From: Geopsychrobacteraceae bacterium
GTDB taxonomy: Bacteria; Desulfobacterota; Desulfuromonadia; Desulfuromonadales; Geopsychrobacteraceae
Reading direction: 5' to 3'
NCBI GenBank assembly: GCA_963662315.1
Contig: OY759353.1
Coordinates: 2,208,001-2,272,000, forward strand
DNA: 64,000 nt
Position numbers and translations under genes: made by a program. Numbering within the stretch: position 1 is the first letter of the stretch; each line of letters opens with the position of its first letter. The notes beneath the pieces were generated by a model. The model saw only the letters and a list, made by a program, of their open reading frames with translations. It was not told the origin of the DNA and did no database searches. Shown here in pieces: positions 47,559 to 57,903 of the stretch.

Positions 47559-48461
47559 ATGGCCATAACCTTGAGACAGCTACAGATTTTCGCCAAAATT
47601 GCAACTCACAGCAGCGTCACCCAGGCGAGTGCCGAACTGCAACTGACTCAATCTGCTGTCAGCATGGCCCTGGCTGAGCTGGAACGCTACTCCGACGCAC
47701 CACTGTTCTCACGCCAGCACAAGAAACTCCTGTTGAATGATCGTGGGCGCGAAATCCTCCCTCTCGTGGAACAGGTCCTTGACCAGGCCCGCCAAATTGA
47801 AATGCTTCTTAATGAATCGGCCCGCCAACCAGCCGGAGAACTGTCCGTCGGTGCCAGTACCACCATTGGTAACTATCTGATGCCACAACTGATTACCCGC
47901 TTTTCCCGAAGCCATCCCAAAGCCAAGGTATTATTGCATGTCGGCAATGCCAGGCAGATTGAGCATGGTGTCGATACGGGAGAACTCGATATCGGCATCA
48001 GCGAAGGCTTCCGGCATATATCACGGCTCAGACAACAGAAATGGCGCGACGATGAGCTGGTTGTTATTGTTGGCCCTAGCCACCCGTGGGCGCAGACCAA
48101 AACAATCCGCAAAACCCAGATAAGCAAGGGAGACTGGATCACGCGCGAGAAAGGATCGGGAACCAGAGAAGTATTTGAGCGTGCCATGAAAAGCTACAAG
48201 CTGCATTTCTCAATCACGATGGAACTGGGGCACACAGAAGCGATAAAAAAAGCTGTAGAGGCGGGTGCAGGTTGCGCCTGCCTGTCACGCATTGCCGTAC
48301 AGCGAGAACTGGATCAAGGCTGGCTGGTCGAAGTGAAACACCCCCTCAGCCTGACCCGCGAACTGATTATCCTAACCAGAGAAGAACCCTACAGATCGGT
48401 TTTACATAATACCTTTCTGACCTCACTGCATTCAATAGCCGCAGAGTCGGCCGGACCGTAA
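47559..48461 (+). CDS. yeiE: LysR-family regulator, YeiE/CysL-like
   Basis: ITLRQL.IF, TQSAVSMAL.ELE, GASTTIGNYL.P, REKGSGTR, TEAIK.AV; divergent from yeiH. Confidence 0.85.
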   Translation: MAITLRQLQIFAKIATHSSVTQASAELQLTQSAVSMALAELERYSDAPLFSRQHKKLLLNDRGREILPLVEQVLDQARQIEMLLNESARQPAGELSVGASTTIGNYLMPQLITRFSRSHPKAKVLLHVGNARQIEHGVDTGELDIGISEGFRHISRLRQQKWRDDELVVIVGPSHPWAQTKTIRKTQISKGDWITREKGSGTREVFERAMKSYKLHFSITMELGHTEAIKKAVEAGAGCACLSRIAVQRELDQGWLVEVKHPLSLTRELIILTREEPYRSVLHNTFLTSLHSIAAESAGP

Positions 48462-48494
48462 CCTGGGCGTATCAATTTCTCCCTTCTCAACCCC

Positions 48495-48691
48495 TGCAAC
48501 AATATTTGCAGATGCAACCGTTCAGAAATAGCGCTCTCCCCCTGTAAATATTGCCGATTTTTACAGCCAGAGACATCTACCAAGCAAGAAAAATTGCATC
48601 CGTCGAAGAGTCGCAAAAGCGGCTGTATTTGCGGAATAATGCATAATATTCGCAGCGTTACCACGAATGATTAGTTGGCACCGATAATGCT
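48495..48691 (+). promoter_or_regulatory. Sigma-54 promoter with candidate upstream activator sites
   Basis: TGGCACCGATAATGCT (48676-48691, GG-N10-GC); TGCAACAATATTTGCA (48495), half-site TGCAAC (48513), AGCAAGAAAAATTGCA (48583). Confidence 0.7.
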
Positions 48692-48956
48692 TTAATATCA
48701 GCCAGCAACTGGCGCCAGAATATTGAGCCCGCTCCCTCGGCCAGCCCACTATATTCAAGGCCTGAGCAACTCGCTGACAAAGTCAATTTTCTGGTGGAAG
48801 CTGAAGCTCTCATTACTGACGAGCGCAGTACTCCTGAAGAGACCTTTGAGGAAGCAAACTGAACTGAACCGTCACCGGGACGACAACCTAGTATTAAGCG
48901 ATTTAAACAATAGCCGTCCCCAAACGATCAACACATAAAACAGCAGGGGCATTCTT

Positions 48957-49472
48957 TTGATTGAACACCGTTGCGCCTATTGCCAGAAATGTCTACGTCC
49001 GGATACCGATGAAACACAGAACGAGGTCCAGGTGAGCCATGGCATCTGCAGGGACTGTCTGGCAATCGTCATGTCCGGGTACGGGAAAAGCCTGGCTGAG
49101 TTCCTGCAACAGCTCGCGATCCCCATCATTGTGATCGATGCCCAGCAGCACCCGGTTTTCGATAACCGGAACCCTTCACAACAGCTAACCGATTCAGGGC
49201 AATCATCTTCCCCCCTCCTTGCCTGCGTGGTCTTTGACTGTGCCTGCGAAGAGCCCCCTGACGGAGACAACCACTCCTGCGACTGCCTGTCCTGTACCCT
49301 GGTGAAAACCACAGCAGTAACCTATCATACCGGTGTCAAACAAAAATATGTCGCCGCCAGCCCGGATCTCGATAGCCTGGCTGGCATCAGTAACCCCTGC
49401 TATCTTATTTCCACTGAGATCTGTGAAGGGACGGTTCTTTTAAGTATTGAAGAAAGGAAAGAAATTGACTGA
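48957..49472 (+). CDS. Cys-rich hypothetical protein (N-terminal Zn-finger-like motif, PAS-like C-terminus)
   Basis: CAYC...SHGICRDC; IPIIVIDA; CVVFDCAC, CDCLSC; TTG start after AGGGG. Confidence 0.6.
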   Translation: MIEHRCAYCQKCLRPDTDETQNEVQVSHGICRDCLAIVMSGYGKSLAEFLQQLAIPIIVIDAQQHPVFDNRNPSQQLTDSGQSSSPLLACVVFDCACEEPPDGDNHSCDCLSCTLVKTTAVTYHTGVKQKYVAASPDLDSLAGISNPCYLISTEICEGTVLLSIEERKEID

Positions 49473-49567
49473 TAGAGGGTTTTTTATTAATATTTACAAA
49501 TTAATAAAAATTACGTTTATCCGTCACCATAAGCACCAACCCAACCTTGTTACTGAGACTGACTCAT

Positions 49568-51037
49568 ATGGCATATTTGCGTGGACAGAACAAAAAAATT
49601 CTTCTGGTCTATGACAATCGGGAATATTGTGAGTTGCTTGAAGCTGAGCTGGCAGGATTTGGGTTTGATGCCCATACCAGCAGATCATTGCAAACCGCTC
49701 TGATGATGATCAGAGCCTGCAACAAAATCGGCACCAGTTATCAATGGCTGCTGGTCCACAACGATCTGCGCGACCTTGCCGATGCCGAGCTTGAAGAGTT
49801 ACACCAGCAGCAACATAAAAACAGGTTTGATATCATCTACTTTCATGAGTCCCTAGTCTACGCCAACGTTTGGAAAATATCCAATAAAAACAAACATGTC
49901 GTGCCATTTTCCCGAAAAACCGGTATCAATGCCTTCACCTATGCGATCAAACAGATAATCAGCAACAAAGAGCTTCTTGACCGTATCGGCTTGCAGGCTA
50001 TCAACAGACATGAACGCCCTAAAGTTCTGCTGGTGGAAGACAATGATATCGGCCGCCTGATGGCCAAGACATTGCTAGAAAGCCTGGGACTTGAAGTCAC
50101 TGAGGCCAATAATGGACAGGAAGGCCTTAAGGCTCTGGATCTGCACCATTATAACCTGATTTTGACCGATATATTCATGCCGGTTATGAATGGCCTGGAT
50201 ATGGTGAGAACAATCCGTAGCAGTGGCTATTATCAGCTGCCGATCATTGTCATGTCGGCCAACGCCGAAGAAAACTGGGCGGAAAGCTTTTTTGCCGGAG
50301 CCAACGGGTTTCTGATCAAGCCATTTGACGTTACCCTGTTGCAACAAGAAGTCAACAAATGGCTCCCCCTGCAGAATCCGGACGAAACGCAGAGCAATGT
50401 TTCCAGGCCAATACCGACAGTTCCCGACCTGAAAAAACTTGAATACTTTCTTGATATCCAGGCCGGTATCAGGCGGAGCGGCGGTCAGACCGAGCGTTAC
50501 TGGTCACTGTTGCGCCATTACTATGATGAATACCGGGACATTAGCGAGCAACTTGCCGTCTTGCTGCACACCCGTCGACGCCAGCAGGCGATTGAGCTGG
50601 TACACAATTTAAGAGGCGCTGCCGGCAACCTGGGAGCAACCAAGATAGAAATTCTGGCAGGCAAGCTGGAACACGACCTGAGACACGCAGAAACAATCCC
50701 GGCCTCGTCCCTTTTGGAGCAAGAACATAAAGAGCTCATCACGGCCCTTGGTCGAAGCGTCAATAACCATTCGCAGCAGAAAGCCCTTGAGGAGGGGAGC
50801 TATCACACCTTGTGGACTATTTTGCAGCCATTAATACCACTGGTAAAAGGACACCAGGCCCGGCTGATCAAAAACTATGAAGAGCGGCTTGCCACATATA
50901 AATGGCCGACTGACACCCGCTCTGAAGTTCATATGCTGCTCACCAAGCTCAAAGGCTTTCAATACGACGAAGCCAGAGCACTACTGGCGGACCTGGTCGA
51001 GCGTCTGAACCCGGCATCAGAAAAGATCGAGTCATGA
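49568..51037 (+). CDS. Phosphorelay protein: degenerate REC, REC, Hpt (no kinase core)
   Basis: ILLVYDN / WLLVHND (no phospho-Asp); VLLVEDN, LILTDIFMP, LIKP; Hpt VHNLRGAAGNLGA. Confidence 0.8.
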   Translation: MAYLRGQNKKILLVYDNREYCELLEAELAGFGFDAHTSRSLQTALMMIRACNKIGTSYQWLLVHNDLRDLADAELEELHQQQHKNRFDIIYFHESLVYANVWKISNKNKHVVPFSRKTGINAFTYAIKQIISNKELLDRIGLQAINRHERPKVLLVEDNDIGRLMAKTLLESLGLEVTEANNGQEGLKALDLHHYNLILTDIFMPVMNGLDMVRTIRSSGYYQLPIIVMSANAEENWAESFFAGANGFLIKPFDVTLLQQEVNKWLPLQNPDETQSNVSRPIPTVPDLKKLEYFLDIQAGIRRSGGQTERYWSLLRHYYDEYRDISEQLAVLLHTRRRQQAIELVHNLRGAAGNLGATKIEILAGKLEHDLRHAETIPASSLLEQEHKELITALGRSVNNHSQQKALEEGSYHTLWTILQPLIPLVKGHQARLIKNYEERLATYKWPTDTRSEVHMLLTKLKGFQYDEARALLADLVERLNPASEKIES

Positions 51038-53022
51038 CCACCGAGCATAAACACAATCAGCCTAGCATACTGGCTGTCGATGACAACCCGATCAACCTGG
51101 GTGCACTTGTCGCTCTGCTGGGGGATCATTGCGACCTGCGTGTCGCTATTGATGGCAATTCGGCATTAAACCTGATTGACGAAGGCTTTGTCCCCGACCT
51201 GATGCTGCTCGATATCATGATGCCTCAGATGAACGGCTATGCGTTATGCCGACAATTGAAACAGCGCGCCGCCATCAAGGACATCCCCTTTATTTTTCTG
51301 TCCGCCCTCGACAAGGAAGAGGACGAAACGGAAGGATTGCTGCTGGGAGCTGCAGACTATATCAGTAAACCGTTTCAGCCCGCTATTCTACTTCAGAGAA
51401 TCAAACTGCATCTGGAATTGAAAGCGTACCGTGATCAGCTGGAAAAAATGGTCATCGACAAAACCCGCAAACTGCGGGAAGCCGAACAGAAGGCCGTATA
51501 CCAGGAAGCCATCTACCGAGAACTGTTCAACAATATGGGCAATGGTGTCGCAGTCTACCAGCCGGTCGATGACGATTCGGACTTCACCATTCAGAACCTG
51601 AACCGTTCCGGGGTACGAATGTTCAATGCTCCGCTGCTTGACATTCTCGGCAAACCACTAACCAGCCTCAACAGAGGTGCGGCTGACCCTCAACTGCAGC
51701 CCCTGATCACCAGCGTCTGGGCGTCGGGAATCCCGCAACATGTTTCCCTTGAACTCAGTCTGGGACAGGTCGGAAACCAATGGATAGAGGGGTATATCTA
51801 CAAATTACCTACGGGGCAGGTCGTTGGCATCTACGACGACATCAGCGAACAGCGCGAAACCCAGAGACAAATAATCCACGCCAAAGAGCAATGGGAAAAA
51901 ACCTTCGATGCCATGTCGGACTGTGTCACCATTCTTGATGCCGATCTAAAAATTGTCCGCGCCAACAAGGCCAGTCAGGAACTCTTCGGGCGCCCCTACT
52001 CACAACTGATCGGCAGCTATTGCTTTACCCTGTTTGCCGGAGAGAACAGCTACTGCGACCCATGTCCAGCACTGGAGACCCTAAGAACAGCAGCCAACAG
52101 TTCGCAGACCCTGACCCATGCCCACCTGGGGCGGACCTACCATGTGTCTTGCTCTCTGCTCAACAGTGTCGATAGCGGTGCGCCTGACTTAATCCATGTC
52201 GCCCGCGACATCACGGAGCAGAAGCAAATGCAGGAAGAACTCAATCGGGCTCACCGGCTGGCTTCTATTGGCGAGCTGGCGGCTGGAGTCGCTCATGAAA
52301 TCAATAACCCGAACGGCCTGATCCTGCACAACAGCCAGCTGGTCATCGATATTTTCCGTGACCTGCAACCGATCCTGACCAACGCCCTTGATCCGGAGAC
52401 AGACCAATTGTTCGGAGGCCTGAGCGTTGAAGACATCTGCGAGACCCTGCCGCAGGTGCTCGAGGATATCAACGGCGCATCACGCCGAATCAAATTTATC
52501 GTCACAGAGCTGAGGGACTTCTCAAGCCATGACAATAATGACCCGCTTGACAAAATAGATATCAACCAAGTCGTCAATTCTTCAGCTCATCTGGTGAAAA
52601 ACACGCTGAAAAAAGCGACCCGCCATTTTAAGGTCCAGTTGGGAGAGGCCCTGCCGATGGTGACTGGTGTCGCTACGCGGCTTGAGCAGGTGATTATCAA
52701 TCTGTTGATTAATGCCTCACAAGCACTGGAAACACCCGACGATGAAATAACGGTTACGACAGAATACGATCCGACGAAGCGCCGGGTCCGAGTCCTGGTC
52801 AAGGATACCGGAAGTGGAATCCCTGAATCCCTTCGCGATAATATCTGCGACCCCTTCGTCACATCCAAACGTCAGAAAGGGGGTGCCGGCCTTGGCTTGT
52901 CTGTTTCGACCCGGATCGTTAACGCGCATAATGGCAGGCTGACATTTACGCCAAACCAGCCCAAAGGGACAACCTTTATCCTTGAGCTTCCTGTTGGAGA
53001 ACGTTGCCATGCCACATATTAG
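51034..53022 (+). CDS. Hybrid histidine kinase REC-PAS-PAS-HisKA-HATPase
   Basis: ILAVDD, LLDIMMP; PAS with YC...CDPCP; AHEINNP, NLLINA, DTGSG, GAGLGL. Confidence 0.9.
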   Translation: MTTEHKHNQPSILAVDDNPINLGALVALLGDHCDLRVAIDGNSALNLIDEGFVPDLMLLDIMMPQMNGYALCRQLKQRAAIKDIPFIFLSALDKEEDETEGLLLGAADYISKPFQPAILLQRIKLHLELKAYRDQLEKMVIDKTRKLREAEQKAVYQEAIYRELFNNMGNGVAVYQPVDDDSDFTIQNLNRSGVRMFNAPLLDILGKPLTSLNRGAADPQLQPLITSVWASGIPQHVSLELSLGQVGNQWIEGYIYKLPTGQVVGIYDDISEQRETQRQIIHAKEQWEKTFDAMSDCVTILDADLKIVRANKASQELFGRPYSQLIGSYCFTLFAGENSYCDPCPALETLRTAANSSQTLTHAHLGRTYHVSCSLLNSVDSGAPDLIHVARDITEQKQMQEELNRAHRLASIGELAAGVAHEINNPNGLILHNSQLVIDIFRDLQPILTNALDPETDQLFGGLSVEDICETLPQVLEDINGASRRIKFIVTELRDFSSHDNNDPLDKIDINQVVNSSAHLVKNTLKKATRHFKVQLGEALPMVTGVATRLEQVIINLLINASQALETPDDEITVTTEYDPTKRRVRVLVKDTGSGIPESLRDNICDPFVTSKRQKGGAGLGLSVSTRIVNAHNGRLTFTPNQPKGTTFILELPVGERCHATY

Positions 53023-54436
53023 CCACCTTTATCCAGACAACCCTGTGCTTATGGTCGATGATGAGCTGCCTTGGCTGCGCAGTATGAGCATGTCACTAAA
53101 ATCAGTCGGCGGCATCACCAATGTCAAATTATGCAACGACAGTCGCGAGGTAGCCAACCTGCTGCGGAAAAGCACCTTCAGCCTGGCTATTCTTGACCTG
53201 ACCATGCCTTACTTGGGTGGAGAAGATCTGTTGGCGCATATCCGGGAAAATTATCCGGAGTTGCCCGTCATTGTCATTAGCGGTATGAACCAGATAGAAA
53301 CTGCAATCCGCTGCGTCCGGGCCGGAGCCGAGGATTTTTATGTTAAAACCGACGAACGGGAACGTATTATCACCGGTATTCAGAAAGTCCTGAAGCAGGT
53401 CCGCCTGCAACAGGAAATTCGCCAGCTCTCCGCGACAATACTGGACAACAACCCGGCTACCGATCCTGCCTTCAGCAGTATTGTCTCGAAAAATATCAAG
53501 ATGCACAGCATTTTCAATTACCTGAAAGCTGTTTCCAGCAGCATGGAACCGATTCTGATTACCGGGGAAAGCGGGACGGGAAAGGAACTTATCGCCAGAT
53601 CAGTTCATCAGCTGAGCGCTCCTGACAAACCTCTGGTAGCAGTCAATGTCGCTGGCCTTGATGACATGATGTTCAGTGATTCGCTGTTCGGACATGTCAA
53701 GGGAGCCTTTACCGGCGCCGATAAAGTTCGGATGGGGATGATTGAAAAAGCCGCTGACGGGGTTCTGTTTCTCGATGAAATTGGCGATTTATCTATGCCA
53801 TCGCAGGTGAAACTGTTACGCCTGTTACAGGAAGGTGAATATTACCCGCTGGGGAGTGATCAACCACGTCTCAGCAAGGCCCGTATTATCGTGGCCACCA
53901 ATCACAGGCTGGCCGAAAAGGAAGCGGACGGCAGCTTCCGCCGTGACCTGCTCTATCGTCTCTATTCTCACCGGGTCCAGTTGCCTCCGCTACGCGAACG
54001 TAAAGAAGATATCCAGCCGTTACTTGATTACTTTATTCGCGAAGCGGCAACCAGCCTTGGCAAGGGGATACCAAGCTATCCCCCGGAACTGATCACCTTG
54101 CTCTCCACCTACCATTATCCGGGCAACATCCGCGAGCTCAGGGGCATGGTCCATGATGCGGTCAGCGTCCACAGCAAAGGGATTCTGTCCATGGCACGCT
54201 TTAAAGAAGCCATCGGCAATAGCGATTTGATTCCTGTGGAATCGCTCCCTCTCCATGGACCCGGAACCGCAAACGTCATTTTTAATGACCCTTTGCCGAC
54301 CATTAAAGAGTTAACTGAAATTCTGGTCGACGAAGCTATGCTGCGAGCAAACAACAATCAATCGATAGCGGCCCGAATTCTGGGTATCTCACACCAGGCA
54401 CTCAATCAACGCCTGAAAAAACGTGATAACCTGTAA
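53009..54436 (+). CDS. NtrC-family sigma-54 response regulator
   Basis: MVDDE, LDLTMP, GESGTGKE, GAFTGA, YPGNIREL, HTH NQSIAARILGISHQAL; start moved to MPHIS. Confidence 0.92.
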   Translation: MPHISHLYPDNPVLMVDDELPWLRSMSMSLKSVGGITNVKLCNDSREVANLLRKSTFSLAILDLTMPYLGGEDLLAHIRENYPELPVIVISGMNQIETAIRCVRAGAEDFYVKTDERERIITGIQKVLKQVRLQQEIRQLSATILDNNPATDPAFSSIVSKNIKMHSIFNYLKAVSSSMEPILITGESGTGKELIARSVHQLSAPDKPLVAVNVAGLDDMMFSDSLFGHVKGAFTGADKVRMGMIEKAADGVLFLDEIGDLSMPSQVKLLRLLQEGEYYPLGSDQPRLSKARIIVATNHRLAEKEADGSFRRDLLYRLYSHRVQLPPLRERKEDIQPLLDYFIREAATSLGKGIPSYPPELITLLSTYHYPGNIRELRGMVHDAVSVHSKGILSMARFKEAIGNSDLIPVESLPLHGPGTANVIFNDPLPTIKELTEILVDEAMLRANNNQSIAARILGISHQALNQRLKKRDNL

Positions 54437-54442
54437 GGCAGA

Positions 54443-57358
54443 ATGTCCATGATAAACAGCGAACATAAACAAAGACGTAAAATTGATCGCATTCTGGCTG
54501 AGCGCAAAAAACTTAGCCGCATTGCTGATGAGCGGTCACTCCATGGCGTCATGCAAAGCGTCATTGACACGGCCGAAAAAATGACCGACAGCCGTATCGG
54601 TTTTCTCTGCTGCCTGACCGATAACGGCACAGAAATCAGCCACCAGATTTATTCGACTCTGTCAGAAAAACTTCTGCCCCAGACAGACAAAACACCGTCA
54701 CGCATAGCCCAGACTCAGGCGTGGCAAAAGTGTCTGCAGCAGCAACGATCTGTGATTTGCAACGACTTCAACCTGCACAATCAAGACATTAGAACAACAA
54801 CAGCGCTCCCGTTCTTTCGCTCAATGCTGATTCCCGTCATCCGCGGTCAACAGATTGTTGCCATACTCGGTATAGGCAACAAACCGGTCCCTTATGATGA
54901 GGAGGACATTGAGCATATCAGTGAACTGGCCGATCTGTGTTGGGATATTATTGCTCGTAAGCAAGCCCTGGAATCGCTAGCAACCGCCCAGCCCCCGGCC
55001 GCCAAACGTGACAACCATGATCAGTGTCTGCGGGTTAAATCAGAGAGCCGATACCGCAAACTAATTGAAAACCTCAATGATTCCGTGTTCCTGATCAAAA
55101 ACACCGGACCTCAAATGGCAAACTTTGCTGAAATTAATCAGGAAGCCATAAACCGCTATGGCTATACGCGAGCAGAATTCATACAGATGAAAGTTCTCAA
55201 CCTGATCGCTCCTGAAGCCCTCAACACAGCAATGGTTGAAAGACGTTTCAAAACCCTGAACAAAGAAGGAAAAATCGTTTACGAGTCGACCCACATAAGC
55301 AAAAGTGGTGAACGTTTTCCGGTTGAATTCAGCGCGACCACCGTTGAGATGGAAGGAGAAACTTATATCCTGGCGACAGTACGCGATATATCGCAGCGCA
55401 AGCTGGCCGAAGAACAGCAGAAAGAAACCGAAGGAATGCTCCAGCTCATTACTGACAATATCAGCGATGTCGTCTGGATGTTCGACCTCAGGCAGCAGCG
55501 CTACACTTATTTCAGTCCATCAGTTCAGCAAGTGCGTGGACATTCTCCTCAACAGGCCATGAGCATGTCGATGGAAGAAAGCCTGACACCGGAATCTTAC
55601 CAGAAAGCACTCAAGCGTATCAGTCTCCTGGTCGACAGTCCGGAAACCGTCACTAAGAATCACGAAATCATTGAACTGCAGCAATACCATGCCAATGGAC
55701 AACTGCTCGATGTTGAAATTGCCGCACGTCTGATCAGGGATGCCGATGGTAAGCCGCTCTCCCTGGCGGGAGTCACCAGGGATATTACGGCTCGAAAAAT
55801 AGCCGAAAGAAAGCTCCAGGAAGAAAAAGATAAATTTCGCAGCCTGTTTGAACACATCACTGATTATGTATTGATTCTCAAGGCCCAGGATAACGATCTA
55901 ATCATTACCGACATGAGCGAGTCGGCCTGTCATTACCATGGCTATACTCGCGCTGAACTGATCGGGCAATCGATCTCGTTACTCGATGCCTCCGGTTTTA
56001 ATATGGACCAGAACCGGGAAAACCTCAAACTGCTCAGAGCAGGACAAACATACTCCTTTGAAACGGTTCATCTCCGCAAAGACGGCTCAACCTTTCCTGT
56101 CGGCGCGGCGACTAAGCAGATTGAAATCGATGGAGAGCCCTACCTGTTTGCCATCGAACACGATCTGACAATGCGCAAGAAAGCCGAAATGGAGCGCAAT
56201 GACCTGGAGCAGCAATTACGCCAGAAGTATAAAATGGAAGCCGTTGGTCTGATAGCCGGGGGGATGGCTCATAATTTCAATAATAATCTGGCGATTATCC
56301 TCGGCAACCTGGAACTGATAAAAATGCGCACCCAGGGAGCAGCAAAATTGGACGAATACCTCGAGAATGCAATGATCGGAGTCCACAGATCGCGAGAACT
56401 GGTTCAACAGATCATGACCTACAGCCGCCAGGGAACACACCGCAAATCATCCATTCACCCCGCACTGGTGATTGAGGAAACCTGTAAACTGCTTCGCTCA
56501 ACCATACCGGCATCGGTCGAACTGGACTTTCACTCAGACAGTCCGGTGGACATGGTTATTCTGGCCGACTCGACGAGGATCCAGGAAGCCCTGCTTAATT
56601 TATGCAACAATGCTGTCCATGCCATGCGCGAGAAAGGTAAGCTATCCATCCTACTGCAGAGCACCGAATTAACTACGGCCGACATTCCCGCTCAGTTTAC
56701 CTGCCAGCCAGGGCTATATGCCTGCCTGGCAATAAAAGACACGGGCAGCGGCATGACTCCTGAGATTATGGAGAAGATCTTTGATCCGTTCTTTACCACT
56801 AAAGATGTGGATGAAGGAACTGGTATGGGGCTTGCTACAGTGCAGGGGATAGTCGAACAGCATGATGGACTGATTAAAGTTGCCAGCACTCCCGGAGCAG
56901 GAACCACCTTTTCACTCTATTTCCCGGTCGCAGAACCTGGTCAGCACCAGATCCCACAAAGAGAAGTGACCCTGCAACGCGGATCCGAGCGAATTCTGTT
57001 GGTTGAAGACAACAAAGTACTGGCTCATGTCAACGCCACAATGCTGGCTGAGATGGGCTATCAGGTTGACATCGAAACCAGCAGTCCCCAGGCTCTCAAA
57101 CGTCTCAGTAACGGCACAGAGCGCTTTGACCTGGTCATCACCGACCAGACTATGCCGGAACTGACCGGGGATGAACTGGCAAAGGAAGTTCGGGCGTTGT
57201 ATCCTCACCTGCCCATTATTCTGTGCACCGGCTACTGTAATAATATCACCAGTCAAGATGCCAAACGCCTTGGACTAACCGCCTTTTGCATGAAACCTCT
57301 CGACATGCCTCAACTACTTAAAATTGTTCGCGCAGCCCTTGATGACAGAAAAACATAA
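54443..57358 (+). CDS. Hybrid histidine kinase GAF-PAS-PAS-PAS-HisKA-HATPase-REC
   Basis: GAF (GIGNKP..Y), three PAS domains, AHNFNN, NLCNNA, GTGMGL, REC LVITDQTMP. Confidence 0.9.
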   Translation: MSMINSEHKQRRKIDRILAERKKLSRIADERSLHGVMQSVIDTAEKMTDSRIGFLCCLTDNGTEISHQIYSTLSEKLLPQTDKTPSRIAQTQAWQKCLQQQRSVICNDFNLHNQDIRTTTALPFFRSMLIPVIRGQQIVAILGIGNKPVPYDEEDIEHISELADLCWDIIARKQALESLATAQPPAAKRDNHDQCLRVKSESRYRKLIENLNDSVFLIKNTGPQMANFAEINQEAINRYGYTRAEFIQMKVLNLIAPEALNTAMVERRFKTLNKEGKIVYESTHISKSGERFPVEFSATTVEMEGETYILATVRDISQRKLAEEQQKETEGMLQLITDNISDVVWMFDLRQQRYTYFSPSVQQVRGHSPQQAMSMSMEESLTPESYQKALKRISLLVDSPETVTKNHEIIELQQYHANGQLLDVEIAARLIRDADGKPLSLAGVTRDITARKIAERKLQEEKDKFRSLFEHITDYVLILKAQDNDLIITDMSESACHYHGYTRAELIGQSISLLDASGFNMDQNRENLKLLRAGQTYSFETVHLRKDGSTFPVGAATKQIEIDGEPYLFAIEHDLTMRKKAEMERNDLEQQLRQKYKMEAVGLIAGGMAHNFNNNLAIILGNLELIKMRTQGAAKLDEYLENAMIGVHRSRELVQQIMTYSRQGTHRKSSIHPALVIEETCKLLRSTIPASVELDFHSDSPVDMVILADSTRIQEALLNLCNNAVHAMREKGKLSILLQSTELTTADIPAQFTCQPGLYACLAIKDTGSGMTPEIMEKIFDPFFTTKDVDEGTGMGLATVQGIVEQHDGLIKVASTPGAGTTFSLYFPVAEPGQHQIPQREVTLQRGSERILLVEDNKVLAHVNATMLAEMGYQVDIETSSPQALKRLSNGTERFDLVITDQTMPELTGDELAKEVRALYPHLPIILCTGYCNNITSQDAKRLGLTAFCMKPLDMPQLLKIVRAALDDRKT

Positions 57359-57394
57359 GGGGCAAGAGCTCATCAAAAACCAGCTCTTGCCCCT
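57358..57394. terminator. Hairpin between convergent genes
   Basis: AGGGGCAAGAGCT ... AGCTCTTGCCCCT (13-bp stem). Confidence 0.65.
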
Positions 57395-57427
57395 CGGAAA
57401 AAACATCCCCTGCTGAATAGATCTGCA

Positions 57428-57814
57428 TTATCCCCTTAGAGGGTGATTTTTCAAAAGATTAATTGCTTCAACATTACCTTGAATAAGCTCCAGAATTATG
57501 CCTTCTGAAAGAACAATCCAATTGAAATCTTTTCCTGCCGCTGGGGTTACTCCCGGAATACTTTTTAACAAATGCAAGACAGCATCTAAATCCGTCACAA
57601 CAATTCCTAAATGATCTACACCACAGACTTCCGCCTGCGATTTACGCAACAACTGGATACCACCGGACAGCCAAGCAATTTCAGGATTTTCCAAAGCTCC
57701 TTTGTGTTTGGTTACCATCATCCCGAAGACATCGCTAAAAAGATTGATATGCCAGTTCATATCCGTAACCGAAACAGCAACGTGCTCAACAAAACCGTAA
57801 TTCTTATCACTCAT
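57428..57814 (-). CDS. VOC (glyoxalase/epimerase/dioxygenase fold) family protein
   Basis: VEHVAVSVTD, GIQL, DHLGIVV.D, LELIQ (H/Q/H/E metal ligands). Confidence 0.82.
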   Translation of the reverse strand: MSDKNYGFVEHVAVSVTDMNWHINLFSDVFGMMVTKHKGALENPEIAWLSGGIQLLRKSQAEVCGVDHLGIVVTDLDAVLHLLKSIPGVTPAAGKDFNWIVLSEGIILELIQGNVEAINLLKNHPLRG

Positions 57815-57903
57815 AACTAAAGGCTCTTTTGCAGAAAAATGGCTCGCGTGGGTAATAATTCAACTCTCTGACATTATATATTTAGCTTTTGACTATATAT
57901 TTG

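Noticed and set aside
48700..48956. CTGACGAG/CTGAAGAG motifs suggesting a hammerhead or riboswitch, and a short acidic open frame
   Set aside because: No correctly placed GAAA core or stems, no c-di-GMP riboswitch consensus, and no start codon for the frame.
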